A stretch of 64,000 bases of DNA, taken from assembly GCA_000165345.1 (NCBI GenBank), contig CM000430.1, positions 128,001-192,000 on the forward strand, read 5' to 3'. The position numbers and the translations under genes are program-made. The notes under the pieces are model-generated. The model was not told the DNA's origin, did no database searches, and worked only from the letters and a program-made list of their open reading frames with translations. Positions 1-16,650 of the stretch are shown piece after piece (position 1 is the first letter of the stretch; each line of letters begins with the position of its first letter).

Positions 1-13
1 TTGGGATAATATA

Positions 14-5557
<5,544 letters not shown>

Positions 5558-5567
5558 AACTCTAGTA

Positions 5568-5619
5568 GGAGAGAGAGAGGAGAAAGGAAGAGAAAGGGAA
5601 AGAAAAGAAAAGAAAAAAG
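5568..5619 (+). repeat. Purine (GA)-rich tract immediately 3' of the first gene
   Basis: ggagagagagaggagaaaggaagagaaagggaaagaaaagaaaagaaaaaag; one strand is all A/G for about 50 nt. Confidence 0.8.
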
Positions 5620-6424
5620 TAATGAAATTGCAAGTATTTTTGGTATTTGTTATTTTGAATACACAATCTCATATGAATTGCTTGACTTCTCTCTCAACAA
5701 CATATTAATTTCTAGTTTGATTAAGTTTAGACTATGCTAACTCTAAAGTTAAATTCAACTGAAAATATGTATATTTTTTTACGTATATATATTATATATT
5801 AATCCCTTAAATTGATTTATCTTTCTCTCATGGCACTGCATTAGTGTAAATTGCTAATATTTTGCTTTTTTAATTATATGTATTTTCATGAATATGGAAA
5901 TTTAATGTATATCAAGACATACTTCTTGAATACTCTTTTCTCCATATATCATTATTTAAATTTTTTTTTAACTATTACATTTCTAATATATCTCCACGTC
6001 ATCATTTGTATGCAATTAATTTTATTTATTCATACTTTAATTCGAGGACCATGTGTGTGCATAATTTAATAGCCCGCGTACTTTTGTATTAAATTATGTG
6101 CAAATAATATAGGAAAAAAACTATACACGATAAAAAAAAAAAGCATTAATAAGAAAAAGTCTTCTTGACTATTAGGAAGGTTTGTTTAAGATAAAAAGGA
6201 AGAAATAGGAGTTTATCTATCTTTGAAAGTGGAAAATATCAAATTAATTGATAGAAATTTGTAATTAATATTACTAAAAACTACTACTTATATTATTTTT
6301 AGCTTGGTTAGCTATTAAAAAGCTTTTTATTTGCAATAATTTAAGTGAAAAAGTACTTTTCCCTTTTTTTAATTACCAAATTTGTTTCTTAATAAGTTAT
6401 TTGTTTTTATCAAAAGGACGAGAT

Positions 6425-7912
6425 ATGAAACCAGAAACTAATATTAAAGAGGTAGGTTTAGATTTATTTTTAATACATTAAATTGGCTATTTATACGTCA
6501 TAAATGTGAATATTTATATACTAATAATTAATTTCCTTATTATTTATTTGAATTCTTGAAAACTTATTGAAAAACAGGAACAGAAACAGAATATAAATGG
6601 TAATAACTCAAATAATAGCGATAATGAATATATGAAATATGTAGCTTTGTTCTGTTTAATCATTCAAACAGTGGCAGTAATTTTCTTTATGAGGATTTCT
6701 CGTATTAAAAAGTCAGAAAATGATGAATTATATTTTAATTCTTGTGCTGTGGTAATGTCAGAAATCCTCAAGCTTTTAAGTTCATTATTAATAGTATTAT
6801 ATTCTAATAATTTTAATATGGTTGAATTTTACAATACATTGAGATTTGAAGTATTTAACTCATTTAAAACTAATATTCTTGTAGGTGTTCCTGGGCTGCT
6901 CTATGTTGTCCAGAATAACTTACTATTTATTGCATTGTCAAATCTATCAGGAGCAGTATACCATGTTACTTATCAACTTAAGATCCTTGCAACGGCAATA
7001 TTATCAGTTATTATATTGAATAAACAACTTTCAAAAATAAGATGGTTGTCTTTACTTTTACTTACAATTGGAGCAGTACTAGTACAAACAGGAAAATCAT
7101 CGGAGTCAAAAACTCCAAATAACTCAGGTTTAGTTGCTGAAAATACTGACAATTTTTTGGGTCTTTGTTCAGTTTTATTAGCATGCTTTACCAGTGGTTT
7201 GGCAGGAGTTTTTGTTGAGAAACTTTTAAAAGATAGTAAAACCAGTATTTGGGGTAGAAATGTACAGCTTGCTTTGTATGGTATAATTTTTGGATTAATT
7301 GGATGCCTTACAGGAAAAGAAGGATTAGAAATTTCTCAAAAAGGTTTCTTTTTTGGATTCAACACTCTTGTTTGGTTTGTTATTATATTACAAGCTATTG
7401 GAGGAATTATTGTTGCTGCTGTGCTTAAATATGCCGATAACATCCTAAAATGCTTTGGTAATTCGTTTAGTATTATTATGAGCTGTATTCTATCCTGGTA
7501 TCTTGGTGATTATAGCATTACGCTAAATTTCTTTGCTGGTTCAGTTCTTGTAATTTGGTCAATATTTATTTATGGACTTGAAAGAGCTTTTCCTTGCTCT
7601 GAATATCTTCTCAAACTTAAACTAATTTTAAAAAGGAATTCCAGAAACAAAATTATTGCTAAATACAAGAATCTTAGAGAATCTAGCTCGGAAGCTTCTT
7701 TTGACTTTAATGACCAAAACTCTGGAACCAGGAATAATCATCTAAACAGCTTGAATAATCAAAATAAAAATAGCAATATACTGAGCAATAGCAAATTTAA
7801 GAATATCAATAACTTTATCAATCAGCAAAACCAAAATAGAGATAATTATGGCGAAATTGATGATGTTATACCAAAAGGTCTTCAGATGGCAATCATTTCT
7901 TCTGGTGTTTAA
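6425..7912 (+). CDS. Nucleotide-sugar transporter (SLC35 / UDP-Gal / CMP-Sia transporter family), proposed two exons 6425..6451 and 6578..7912
   Basis: The main ORF 6632..7912 has about 10 TM segments and the typical NST core (LLYVVQNNLLFIALSNL ... YQLKILATAILSVIILNKQLS ... LLLLTIGAVLVQ). The ORF stays open upstream of 6632 with no stop. An upstream ATG at 6425 (MKPETNIKE) is followed by a GTAGGT donor at 6452, and an acceptor AAAAACAG ends at 6577. This joins in frame, giving 18 extra codons before MKYVA. Confidence 0.75.
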
Positions 7913-7989
7913 ATACTCTTTTAATCTATTTTGAAGAATTATCTTCCCATGTTTAACTAAATTATTACTTCAATTCAACTAAACATATA

Positions 7990-8095
7990 TTTTATACAAC
8001 CCGCACCAACTCCATGAAATAATTGACTTCGCATGCACCATTGCAATGCATGCTCGAATTTTCGTGGAAGCGGGTCCAATGTGGACAAATATATA
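7990..8095. other. GC-rich structured island in a convergent 3'-3' spacer: ACCCGC ... GCATGCACC ... GCAATGCATGC ... GCGGGT-CCAATGTGGACAAAT
   Basis: ACCCGC/GCGGGT inverted repeats bracket about 75 nt containing two GCATGC boxes. Possible ncRNA or structured DNA element. Not a tRNA. Confidence 0.35.
8078..8092 (+). promoter_or_regulatory. AATGTGGACAAATAT dispersed motif copy (others at 1205..1220 minus, 1266..1275 plus, 18468..18485 minus, 52642..52658 plus)
   Basis: Five copies of the ATGTGGACAA 10-mer were read in 64 kb. Two share 15 of 16 nt. Confidence 0.5.
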
Positions 8096-8329
8096 ATTAA
8101 TATATATAGTTTTACTATTTGCTTTCTTCTTAGTTATAGATTCGTTCTTTTACTAAATTTTCTTCCGAAAGTTTTAGCTGAAAACTGCTAATTAGTATCT
8201 CTAGAATGGCTTTCTATATAAGAACTACTAAAAATAAAAAAAAATAAAAAATTGTTATTCATTATATAAACTTAGTGACTGATATCGTAAATCTAGCTAA
8301 AGTATTTCACTGATAGCTATAAAAAATAT

Positions 8330-8412
8330 ATTTGCCGCCTTTTCGGTGTGGGGAGGGAAGTCGTTACATAGAAAAGGTCACCTGGCCCGTTGGGCGGGCT
8401 CTCGAATTAAAT
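8330..8412. other. Second GC-rich island in the same spacer (GCCGCCTTTTCGGTGTGGGGAGGG ... GGTCACCTGGCCCGTTGGGCGGGCTCTCG)
   Basis: Local GC is far above the 30% background. Holds a GCCCG-TTGG-GCGGGC palindrome. Candidate small RNA or regulatory element. Confidence 0.3.
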
Positions 8413-8514
8413 AGAGTAAAAGTCAACCAGAACATTTCTTCCCTCTTGAATCCTAATTTACTTGGTTGATATCAAAGAATGAAAAGGAATTAAACTTCAA
8501 ATGATGAAAGTTGT

Positions 8515-10218
8515 TTACTCGTTTCCTTGTTGGTTCTCTACGGGTTTTACTTTAATGTAGTCATCAATACGGAGAAGCGTGATTGCAGCTTCTGTTGCAA
8601 ATCTTAAAGACTTAAGTTTGCTGATAGTTGGTTCCAAAACTCCTGCTTGGACATTATCTCTTACTGTTCCATTAATTAAATCAAGCCCAAAAAATTTGTA
8701 TTTATCTTGATCTTGAGATTTTACTGTTAAATCTGAAGAAGTTGGTTTAGTAGCATAGTTATTGAGTTGTCCTTGTTGGGCGCTTGCATGGTATGCTCTA
8801 AGTCTAGCAACCAAGTCTGTTGCATCTTTAGCGGAATTAATTGCCAAAGTTTTAGGAATAACCAAAAGTGCCTCAGCAAATTCCGCAATTGCAAGCTGTT
8901 CTCTAGACCCAAGAGTGCGAGCAAAGTCTTCTAAGTAAATACTCAAAGCAGCCTCCACTGCTCCTCCTCCTGCAACATATCCATTTGACTCTAAAAGCTT
9001 AGATACGGAACACAAAGCATCATTTAGAGAGCGCTCAAGCTCATCTAATAGAACCTCATTTGCTCCTCTTAATACAATTGAGGCTGCTCTATGAGTCTTG
9101 CAACCAAGGAACATCATATAATCAGTGTCTCCAATACGTTCTTCTCTTACTTCTTGGCATTCTCCAAGATAAGCCGGGTCAAATGATTCCTCTGAATCCT
9201 CTAATTGTGCCATTGTAAGGCAGATTGTCGCTCCTGTTGCCTTGGCAATTCTTCTTAAATCAACCTTCTCTACCCTTCTAACTGCAATACAACCAGCTGA
9301 GACAAAATATTTCATGCATTGATCATCAATACCCCCTGAAGTCAAAACTACATTACAACCTGTAGCCAAAATCTTTTCAATACGTTTGTGAATTACTTCC
9401 TTCTCTTCCAGTCTAATCCTTGCAAGTTCTTTTGGATCTTCCAATTCAACACGAATACCCATTTGCATTCTGTATTGTTTTAAAGGAAAGTCTATACATG
9501 CAATTTTGACATTTTTTACAGACGTTGGCATTCCCTGGCAAGCTCTACCTGTATGGGAGAGAGCATAACCCTCAACCAAAAATGACTCTGATAAACCTTT
9601 ACCATGAGTTTTTAATATGTTCAAAGATTTTACTGGATACTTGACAGCTCCTGTTAAGGGGTCTGTAGCCTTTACTGTCATTATTGAATCTACTACCAAC
9701 TTCCCAAAAAACTCTGAGTCTGCTCCTGCTAGCTTTGATGATAGCACAGTTTTAGCAACATTAAGGCAGCATTCCTCACTAATTGTCTCATTAATAGATA
9801 AAGACCCAGAAATATATCTCACACACTCCTTTAGAGCCAACTTATAACCAGAAATTACATTTGAAGGATGAGACCCATTGCTAACTAAAGATGTACCTCT
9901 CCTTAGTAACTCAGCAGCTAATAAAACTACAGATGTTGTGCCATCCCCCACTTCCTTGTCCTGTAGCTCACTCAAATCTACTAGTACTCGCCCAGCTGGG
10001 TGCTTTACTTCCAATTGGCTTAAAATTGTAGCACCATCATTAGTTACTATTACTTCGCCCACCTCATCAACAAGCATCTTATCCAACCCTTGGGGTCCCA
10101 ATGACGACTTTAATATATTTGCTATCGACATTACTGCTGTCAAATTATTAGACCTCACATCACTCCCATGTTGTCGCTCTCCGTGAATTGATTGATCCTG
10201 AGATGGTTTTGCCAACAT
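8515..10218 (-). CDS. TCP1: T-complex protein 1 alpha subunit (CCT1/TCP-1 alpha chaperonin)
   Basis: 567 aa. Group II chaperonin motifs GPQGLDKMLVDEVGEVIVTNDGATIL, EVGDGTTSVVLLAAELL and the VAGGGAVE apical/equatorial signature. Confidence 0.9.
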   Translation of the reverse strand: MLAKPSQDQSIHGERQHGSDVRSNNLTAVMSIANILKSSLGPQGLDKMLVDEVGEVIVTNDGATILSQLEVKHPAGRVLVDLSELQDKEVGDGTTSVVLLAAELLRRGTSLVSNGSHPSNVISGYKLALKECVRYISGSLSINETISEECCLNVAKTVLSSKLAGADSEFFGKLVVDSIMTVKATDPLTGAVKYPVKSLNILKTHGKGLSESFLVEGYALSHTGRACQGMPTSVKNVKIACIDFPLKQYRMQMGIRVELEDPKELARIRLEEKEVIHKRIEKILATGCNVVLTSGGIDDQCMKYFVSAGCIAVRRVEKVDLRRIAKATGATICLTMAQLEDSEESFDPAYLGECQEVREERIGDTDYMMFLGCKTHRAASIVLRGANEVLLDELERSLNDALCSVSKLLESNGYVAGGGAVEAALSIYLEDFARTLGSREQLAIAEFAEALLVIPKTLAINSAKDATDLVARLRAYHASAQQGQLNNYATKPTSSDLTVKSQDQDKYKFFGLDLINGTVRDNVQAGVLEPTISKLKSLRFATEAAITLLRIDDYIKVKPVENQQGNE

Positions 10219-10386
10219 ATTATATATATATGTTTTACTTGACTCCTTTATTTATGTTTTTTTATAAAATATATATATATAAATATTTATTTATGTACAA
10301 TCTTCTCTTTTTCCCTCTTCACTTCCTTCAAGACTTTTTCTTGCACTTTTAAAAGCCCCTTACCGCCCAAACTCAAATACCGGCCT

Positions 10387-10403
10387 GAGAGACGGCGCCA
10401 AAC
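10387..10403. promoter_or_regulatory. G-box-like GAGAGACGGCGCCAAAC element upstream of CCT-alpha
   Basis: Direct read, about 180 bp upstream of the minus-strand ATG at 10218. Confidence 0.45.
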
Positions 10404-11269
10404 CTGCCCCAATTAATTAACTGCTTGGCAAAAGTTATTTTTACCAAATTGTTGATGAAAATGTGAATATTTGTTTGATTTACTTTGTGTGGTTATGTGT
10501 GAATTACATTATATTGTAAATTATTGGGTTCTTATTTAGTTTACTTTTACAAATCTTGTGGCCTTTCATACAACTATACTTATACAATATATTTTGTCTC
10601 CGATAGCTAAGATTAGATTCAATGGCACTTATTAGAAATTTTGTCTATTGTAAACGTGTATGCTCACTATTCTAATATTCATTTTTTATTTAACACTTTT
10701 TTTCTCTCTCCAAGCTTAACATGAACTCATTCCTCTATTATTTGAAGAAAAAAAAGAGAACTGTCCCTCGTAACTCTATGCACTTCTACGAATTCTATAG
10801 TTATTCAGAGCCTTCTTTAACTAACAATGACTATCTTTGAACTCACAAATGTAAAAAAATCTCGCATGTTCAAATTCTCCAAACTCTGCTCAGAGAAATC
10901 ACTCAATTCCGCAATATTCAAATTATTCCTAAAAAAAAAAGAAAAACCTAAGATGTACTTATGTTCTACCAATTATCAATCAATTTATTCACAAAAAGAA
11001 AACAAATTTTATATGTTTATTAAAATTTTACTAATTAATATATCGCTAATTTGCATGTTTTTACCGCCAAATAATTGACGAATTTAAAGAATCATCCCTT
11101 GGTAATTGTTATTGCGTGGAGTATAAAAGCCAGAAATTCAAAAACAATCCTTTCATCTTTCGCTCTTTAATTACAATTATAGGCCATTAGAAGACTAAAA
11201 CTATGACTGGTTTCAAATTCAACCAAAACTCGAAATATACACACAATATTTAATAATCTCATCGTAAAG

Positions 11270-12103
11270 TTAATTCTTGAAGATCTTTGTCATCCTCCTG
11301 AGAGCTGAAGAAACCAAATGCACTGGAGTCCTAATTAAATCGCCAATCGCTCCTCCGTTAGTGGTTCCATGATCTGATTCAGCATCATTTGCAGCCATTA
11401 ATGATGAAATTGGTGTTGATGAGTAAGAAAGTCTTGAAGTTCTTGTAGGAGTTCTTAAGCTTGAATCACCTCCATTCTTTGCATCAACTTTCATTGAATT
11501 CTTTCTTGCTGTTAAGGAAGTTGCTGAAGCTGGTAGTTTTTTTAGTTTAGAAGATGATGATGAAGTCTTTGACTTGGGCTTTGTTGCCTTTTCAGTGGAA
11601 GCTGACTTCTTTTCCTTACTATTAGCCTTCGATATCTTGTTTTCCTTTAAATTACTCTCTGGTTTCTTTTTTTTATTTCCGGTTGATATTTCCTTAACAA
11701 TATTGTCCAAAATCTTGTTTTTTGCAACTTCACTCTTTGTGACCTTCTTAGTACTTGATGAGACACCCTTCTTAACTATTTCACTGATAGCTTTGGCTTC
11801 TGATCCCTTTGATTTAATTATCTTGTGATTCAGAATTTCTCCTCCCTTTTTGCTTGTCTTGCTAATTGTCTTCTTAACTACAGGTTTTACGGTTCCCTGC
11901 TCTTTTTTAATAGGATGCGAATTTGAAGCCTTAGTCGTTGCTATTGATGATTTTGACAACGAGCTTTTGCGAGACTTTGAAGATGATAAAGAAGTTGATT
12001 TTGGGGTTTCCTTCTTTACTGAAATCTTACTAGACTTTGAATTACAGCTCTTGGAAGCAGTTTTGCAGATAGACTTCTTTGAATCTGTTGAGCAACCACT
12101 CAT
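11270..12103 (-). CDS. Lys/Ser-rich basic low-complexity protein (hypothetical, possibly nuclear)
   Basis: 277-aa ORF with an ATG start. Composition is dominated by K, S and T (SKKS, KSKTSSSSSKLKK). The antisense ORFs 11574..12107 are mirror artefacts of the low-complexity sequence. Confidence 0.45.
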   Translation of the reverse strand: MSGCSTDSKKSICKTASKSCNSKSSKISVKKETPKSTSLSSSKSRKSSLSKSSIATTKASNSHPIKKEQGTVKPVVKKTISKTSKKGGEILNHKIIKSKGSEAKAISEIVKKGVSSSTKKVTKSEVAKNKILDNIVKEISTGNKKKKPESNLKENKISKANSKEKKSASTEKATKPKSKTSSSSSKLKKLPASATSLTARKNSMKVDAKNGGDSSLRTPTRTSRLSYSSTPISSLMAANDAESDHGTTNGGAIGDLIRTPVHLVSSALRRMTKIFKN

Positions 12104-12714
12104 CTAAAATCAAAAAATCATAAATAATATTGTATAAAATCGTTTAATTTCGTATTATTAAAAATAAATATTTTAGTTAATTTGTTATTTAATTATTGAA
12201 TAAATTTATAAAGGCAATAATTCAGAGACTTTCTCAAATTTCTTTATTCAGCTTATCTTTTCCTCCCCTCATTTTTTTGTAGGCTATAATTAGCTTTAAA
12301 AGTCAATTAAATCTGAAGAATTATCACTCATACCATCATGATATAATTTGATGTCAAAATTTTCTAGAAGCATCAACCCCACACCTGTATGTCATAGATA
12401 TTCGCAATTTATTCCCTTCATCTCCCTCCACTCCATCCCTTCTTCTTTGTAACCAAATCATCAAAGTCTCATTATTTGCCTTTCTATTGACTTACCTTTG
12501 ATCCACAAGCTTTTACTGAAGAACTTCCTTTCTTAGTGCAAGCCATTCTTAACTGATAAAAGTTTATCTTTTTTCCTTGTTAATTAAAAATCTATAATTG
12601 GTTTCCCCCAATCCCTTAAATATATTAATACTTGAAATTTAATCGTATTTACTACTTGTTCTGTTTAGTATTCGTGTATTAATTTAAAATTAATTTGCAT
12701 GCAAATAAATACAT

Positions 12715-12737
12715 TTGGCGCCCGACTGTGGGCGCGC
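12715..12737. promoter_or_regulatory. E2F-like GGCGCC core followed by TGTGGG box (TTGGCGCCcgacTGTGGGcgcgc)
   Basis: Direct read. Located 0.6 kb upstream of the minus-strand K/S-rich gene. Confidence 0.5.
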
Positions 12738-13402
12738 ATTTTGATCTTCAAGTGGTTAACCACAGTAACATGGCATTAAGTGTATAAATTAAGTTAATAA
12801 GGAAGAATGTGAGCACTAAAAAAAAGATATATTGGGAGAGATGATTTTTTTTTTTTTTTTTAAATCACTCAAGGTCCCAACCCACATTTGAATGTAATAC
12901 AACTCAGTCAAAATAAATCAATAGAGCACTCCTTTCTTTTTTCTTAGATATATTTTTGTGAATTTTTTCATCGACCCTTTGATAGTAAAATTTGTTTCAA
13001 TAACTCTATCATCAAGAGATGTCAACTTTGATCAAATGTAAGATGTAATACAAATGTTTAGTTTTTCGCTATCGTGGCTAATACATAGGAATTGTGAATG
13101 ATAGGCTTTTTAATTAAACGAAAACGTAATATTTAAAACAAGTATAATCAATTTATTAAGAGAGGAACTATTTAAAAGCTGTAACTTTTATCTATTACTA
13201 ACTTGTGGTTGTAGCTTCTTTTGAATAATACCTTCCATCAAAGTTGAAAAATCCAATCATAATTCACTTAAATTAAGCAAAGAAGAAAAGATCTTCGACA
13301 TGTGGAAATATACATATCCGTTACTAATTTAAAGTAAGTGTTTACGCTCGGTGAATTACAAGCTAAACCGGCTGATTATTCCCTACCTCTGATTCATTAC
13401 GC

Positions 13403-13706
13403 TTATCCCATGATCTTTTCCTTAAACTTTCCGAGAATATGAAGTACAATAACTATTGACATGTATGCCAAAGTCATTACGAGAACAGTCATTGGCCCAA
13501 GCTTGAGTCCTGGTGTATCATCAACGTAGTAACTCATCAAATTTTGAGCGAGGTTCTCTCTGCTGCTAGTTACAGAAGATGCCAATGCACGGCGTTGTCT
13601 AATTTATAGAAAGAAAAAAGTGAATAAAGATTCTCACATCCTATTATTTCTTAGCTTACCTCATTGTACTTGATCTTGCAATAGAACCTTTTCCTGCTGC
13701 TCCCAT
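13403..13706 (-). CDS. SEC61B: Sec61 beta subunit (Sbh1), two exons 13660..13706 and 13403..13598 with a 61-nt intron 13599..13659
   Basis: The C-terminal exon encodes YVDDTPGLKLGPMTVLVMTLAYMSIVIVLHILGKF (the Sec61beta TM motif). The track 'M' at 13585 is actually TTG. Upstream, ATG at 13704-13706 opens MGAAGKGSIARSSTM-R, followed by a GTAAGC donor. The acceptor CTATAAATTAG joins in frame to QRRALASSVTSS. Confidence 0.8.
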
Positions 13707-14543
13707 ATTGGATGAGCTTCCTGTTGATTGCGTTGAATTCTTTGTCTAAAAGAATAAGATGATTAATTTAAATATGAACTCTAAATAAGTTTATCATTTC
13801 GAGTTTAATAAACGAAGAGAACCTCCTTTGAAAATAGAATCTCTCCTATATGGAAATAATCCCAGCTAATATACTCGAAAAGATATAAAGATAAATATTC
13901 AAATGACTTACCATCTCTAATTCAATAAAATCTAAACGTTCTTAAAATTCCAAAGAATAAAATATTAGTTTTACTTTCTTTTAATTTTTCTTTTTTTTCC
14001 CCAATTTATTGAGCTTTATCCAGATATGGTAAAATATCTTTTCCCCTCTTATAACTCTATGTTTTTTTATTTTTGTCAATACACTCAAAAATTGAGTGAG
14101 TCTTGCGGTACCTCTTCAATTAATTAATTATTTCTTTATATGAATATACTATATAGTTATTAAGTTACCTTATTTAAATTTTTTTTATTCAAATACCCCC
14201 ACTATTCACTTTCCCGCTACACTTACCCTGAATTTACCGCCAAATTGCAAAACATTAAAATTTCGAAATATCCCATTAATCGAAATAGGAAATAATGACG
14301 ATAAAAATGCAGGCCCCACAGTTTTGGCGGCACATTTTGAGATTCTATTAATGTTAAATTTATAAAGTTAACTAAAAATGGAATCGAAAAAAGAATTGGG
14401 TAAGAAAACAAAATTTTAGAAAAAAAGGAAGAGATGGTCATTCAGCCGTATTCGAATGAGTTTGAAGTACTCCACTTCCCAATTTTTTTAAAGAAAAAAT
14501 CAACTAAATTTGATTATTTTGGTATATATTCCGACAAATAATA

Positions 14544-15749
14544 ATGAACATTGAACTTTCCAAGCCTTTATTAAAAACATACACTCAGGATCAAATGTAT
14601 TACAATAGTAAAAAAAATCAAATAAGTGATACTAGTAGTAATCAAAGCTATGAGAGCCCTGATTTAAGTGACCGAATTGAAACAAAAGCATCCGACTTCA
14701 TTTCATATAGCAACAGAAATCCTCCGAATATACTAATGGAAAATGGAACCTTAAATATAATGCATCACTGGGATAGACTCAGCCAATTCTTTGAATTTTG
14801 TTTACACGACAGATTCCATGTTATGCTTTCAATGAGTTGGGGAAGTCTTATTTTATTTATATTTCTCGTATATATTCTACTTGCAATTATCCTAGCAATA
14901 ATACATTTTATTATTACATTTGGTGATGCTGCTAATTGTATTGGGAGCGATAAATTTGGGAATATAGAATATTTTTTCTTTGCTGTTGAAACTATGTTTA
15001 GTATTGGCTACGGTTCCCCAAGATCACCATGTTGCTTAATTACCAACTACTTTACTTCAATTACGGTTATTAGTGGTTGCATCTTGAATTCAGTTACTGT
15101 TGGAATATTCTTTACAAAATTTTCAGAATCAACTTCTAGAAAATGGTCAATTTGTTTCTCCAAAGAACTTTGTGGAATTGGATTTAAAAGTATAACTCCT
15201 GAAGAAGTACTTGAAGTACCTAATCAATCAAACTTACCACCTATCACTTCATATGCCTTTACTAAGGCAGCTGAAACCACCTGTGAGAATTGTCCATTCA
15301 TTATTTCATTCAGACTTTTTAATATCTCTCAAGAACCATTTTTTTCGCCTGATCTTAAAATTTTCATTCTTATCCACGGTGACAACGGCCCATATATCAC
15401 AGAAATTTCATCATACAAACTTGATGTTCCTCTAGAATTTATGGAAACTCCTATCACTGTTTCGATATACTCAAACCAGCCTGACTCCCCTCTTAAAAAC
15501 TTTACTATTAATCATCTTAGAAATCAAGGGCATCTCATTGAACTCATGATATTGCTACGCTTCTCTGATAACAGAACATCAAAGAATTTGGAGGTCAGGA
15601 AGACCTGGAGACTTAATAATGTCTTCTGGGGATATAAATTTTCTTCTATTATTAAGAAACAAGTTTATCATGGCGGAACTATGTACAAAGTCGGAATTTC
15701 AGATCTCGATAACATTGAGCCTGTTATCTCCGGTACTCCATTTCTCTAA
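14544..15749 (+). CDS. Two-TM potassium channel with GYG selectivity filter, Kir (inward-rectifier)-like
   Basis: M1 is WGSLILFIFLVYILLAIILAIIHFII. The pore helix and filter are FFFAVETMFSIGYG. M2 is followed by FFTKF...SICFSKE, resembling the Kir post-M2 F-K-x-AETL-FS region, and by a beta-rich cytoplasmic C-terminus of about 230 aa. Confidence 0.6.
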   Translation: MNIELSKPLLKTYTQDQMYYNSKKNQISDTSSNQSYESPDLSDRIETKASDFISYSNRNPPNILMENGTLNIMHHWDRLSQFFEFCLHDRFHVMLSMSWGSLILFIFLVYILLAIILAIIHFIITFGDAANCIGSDKFGNIEYFFFAVETMFSIGYGSPRSPCCLITNYFTSITVISGCILNSVTVGIFFTKFSESTSRKWSICFSKELCGIGFKSITPEEVLEVPNQSNLPPITSYAFTKAAETTCENCPFIISFRLFNISQEPFFSPDLKIFILIHGDNGPYITEISSYKLDVPLEFMETPITVSIYSNQPDSPLKNFTINHLRNQGHLIELMILLRFSDNRTSKNLEVRKTWRLNNVFWGYKFSSIIKKQVYHGGTMYKVGISDLDNIEPVISGTPFL

Positions 15750-15855
15750 TTTATAGATCATATTTGCAAATACATAAGTATATAATTTAACTTGACTACC
15801 TTAGCTATTTCTTTTCCTTTCATCGTTTTTTTTATATTCTACAAGCAATGACTAA

Positions 15856-15867
15856 TTGGCGCCAAAA
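15856..15867. promoter_or_regulatory. Perfect palindromic E2F-type site TTGGCGCCAAAA
   Basis: Direct read. Lies in a convergent 3'-3' spacer, an unusual place for a promoter element. Confidence 0.45.
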
Positions 15868-16650
15868 TCATTTCCATGCAATACTTCCCGCCTTGTTTTT
15901 TATTTTAAAAGTTATTCATTGCCTCCAAATTAATTTTGTAACTATTCTTTAGTATCTTTTTTTTAGTAAAAAATATAATCATTGTTATAGTTTTTTTGAA
16001 ATAAAAATCAACATTGTCAACCTAAGTGTTTTCTAGTACTTTTCAAACTTGTACATGTGTTATCCACCACAAGCTACTTCAACCCTTCAATCACTTTACT
16101 CACTATTTTGTGTGGGGGAAAAATGCACACGTAATATGCATGCAAGTTGTAAATAAATAGAGAAAAAAAACTAAAATTGTAGATAAAAATAATTAACTCT
16201 CTTATATTATCACTACAATCTACTGTGCATTATTCACCCCTTCTACATGAAGTATTTAATATACTATTTATAAATCTACATATCCCAAAATGAATAACTC
16301 CAAGAAAGTAATATCCAAAATAAGAAGAGTAAGTGCTTAGTACTTTAAAATGATTACCATTCTTCATCATTTAATTCATTTGCTTGTAACAATAGCCATT
16401 AGCAACTTAATGTATTAATTATTCTTCTTAAAAACTAATAATATTAGCATTCTTCAACTTATGGCACTTTTCCCTGATCTAATTTATGTCTGAATATCAT
16501 TTATACTATATAGTTCATTTTCTATTATCAATATTGATTATATTATTATGCCTCAACATAAACTCTCCTCTCTCTCGCCCCACTCAAAAAAAAAAACTAG
16601 TCTTAATGAAAGATTAAATTCTGACTCGAGATTATCACTTATTCTTCTTT

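Noticed and set aside
7998-8080. tRNA-like fold on the minus strand (7-bp acceptor-like stem GACCCGC/GCGGGTT around about 65 nt)
   Set aside because: There is no D-arm pairing (CCAC versus GAGC) and no GTTCRANYC T-loop. At about 80 nt it is too long. More likely a structured regulatory element or ncRNA than a tRNA.
9617-10186. Two plus-strand ORFs (76 and 102 aa) antisense to CCT-alpha. The same pattern applies at 11574..12107, 32853..33142, 37709..38071 and 28348..28897.
   Set aside because: They are embedded in well-supported genes on the other strand, have low complexity, and lack start context. They are chance antisense frames.
10827-14441. Small ORFs in promoter spacers (10827..11078 and 14223..14441)
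   Set aside because: AT-rich, Lys/Phe/Ile-dominated translations, no conservation signal, located in divergent promoter regions.
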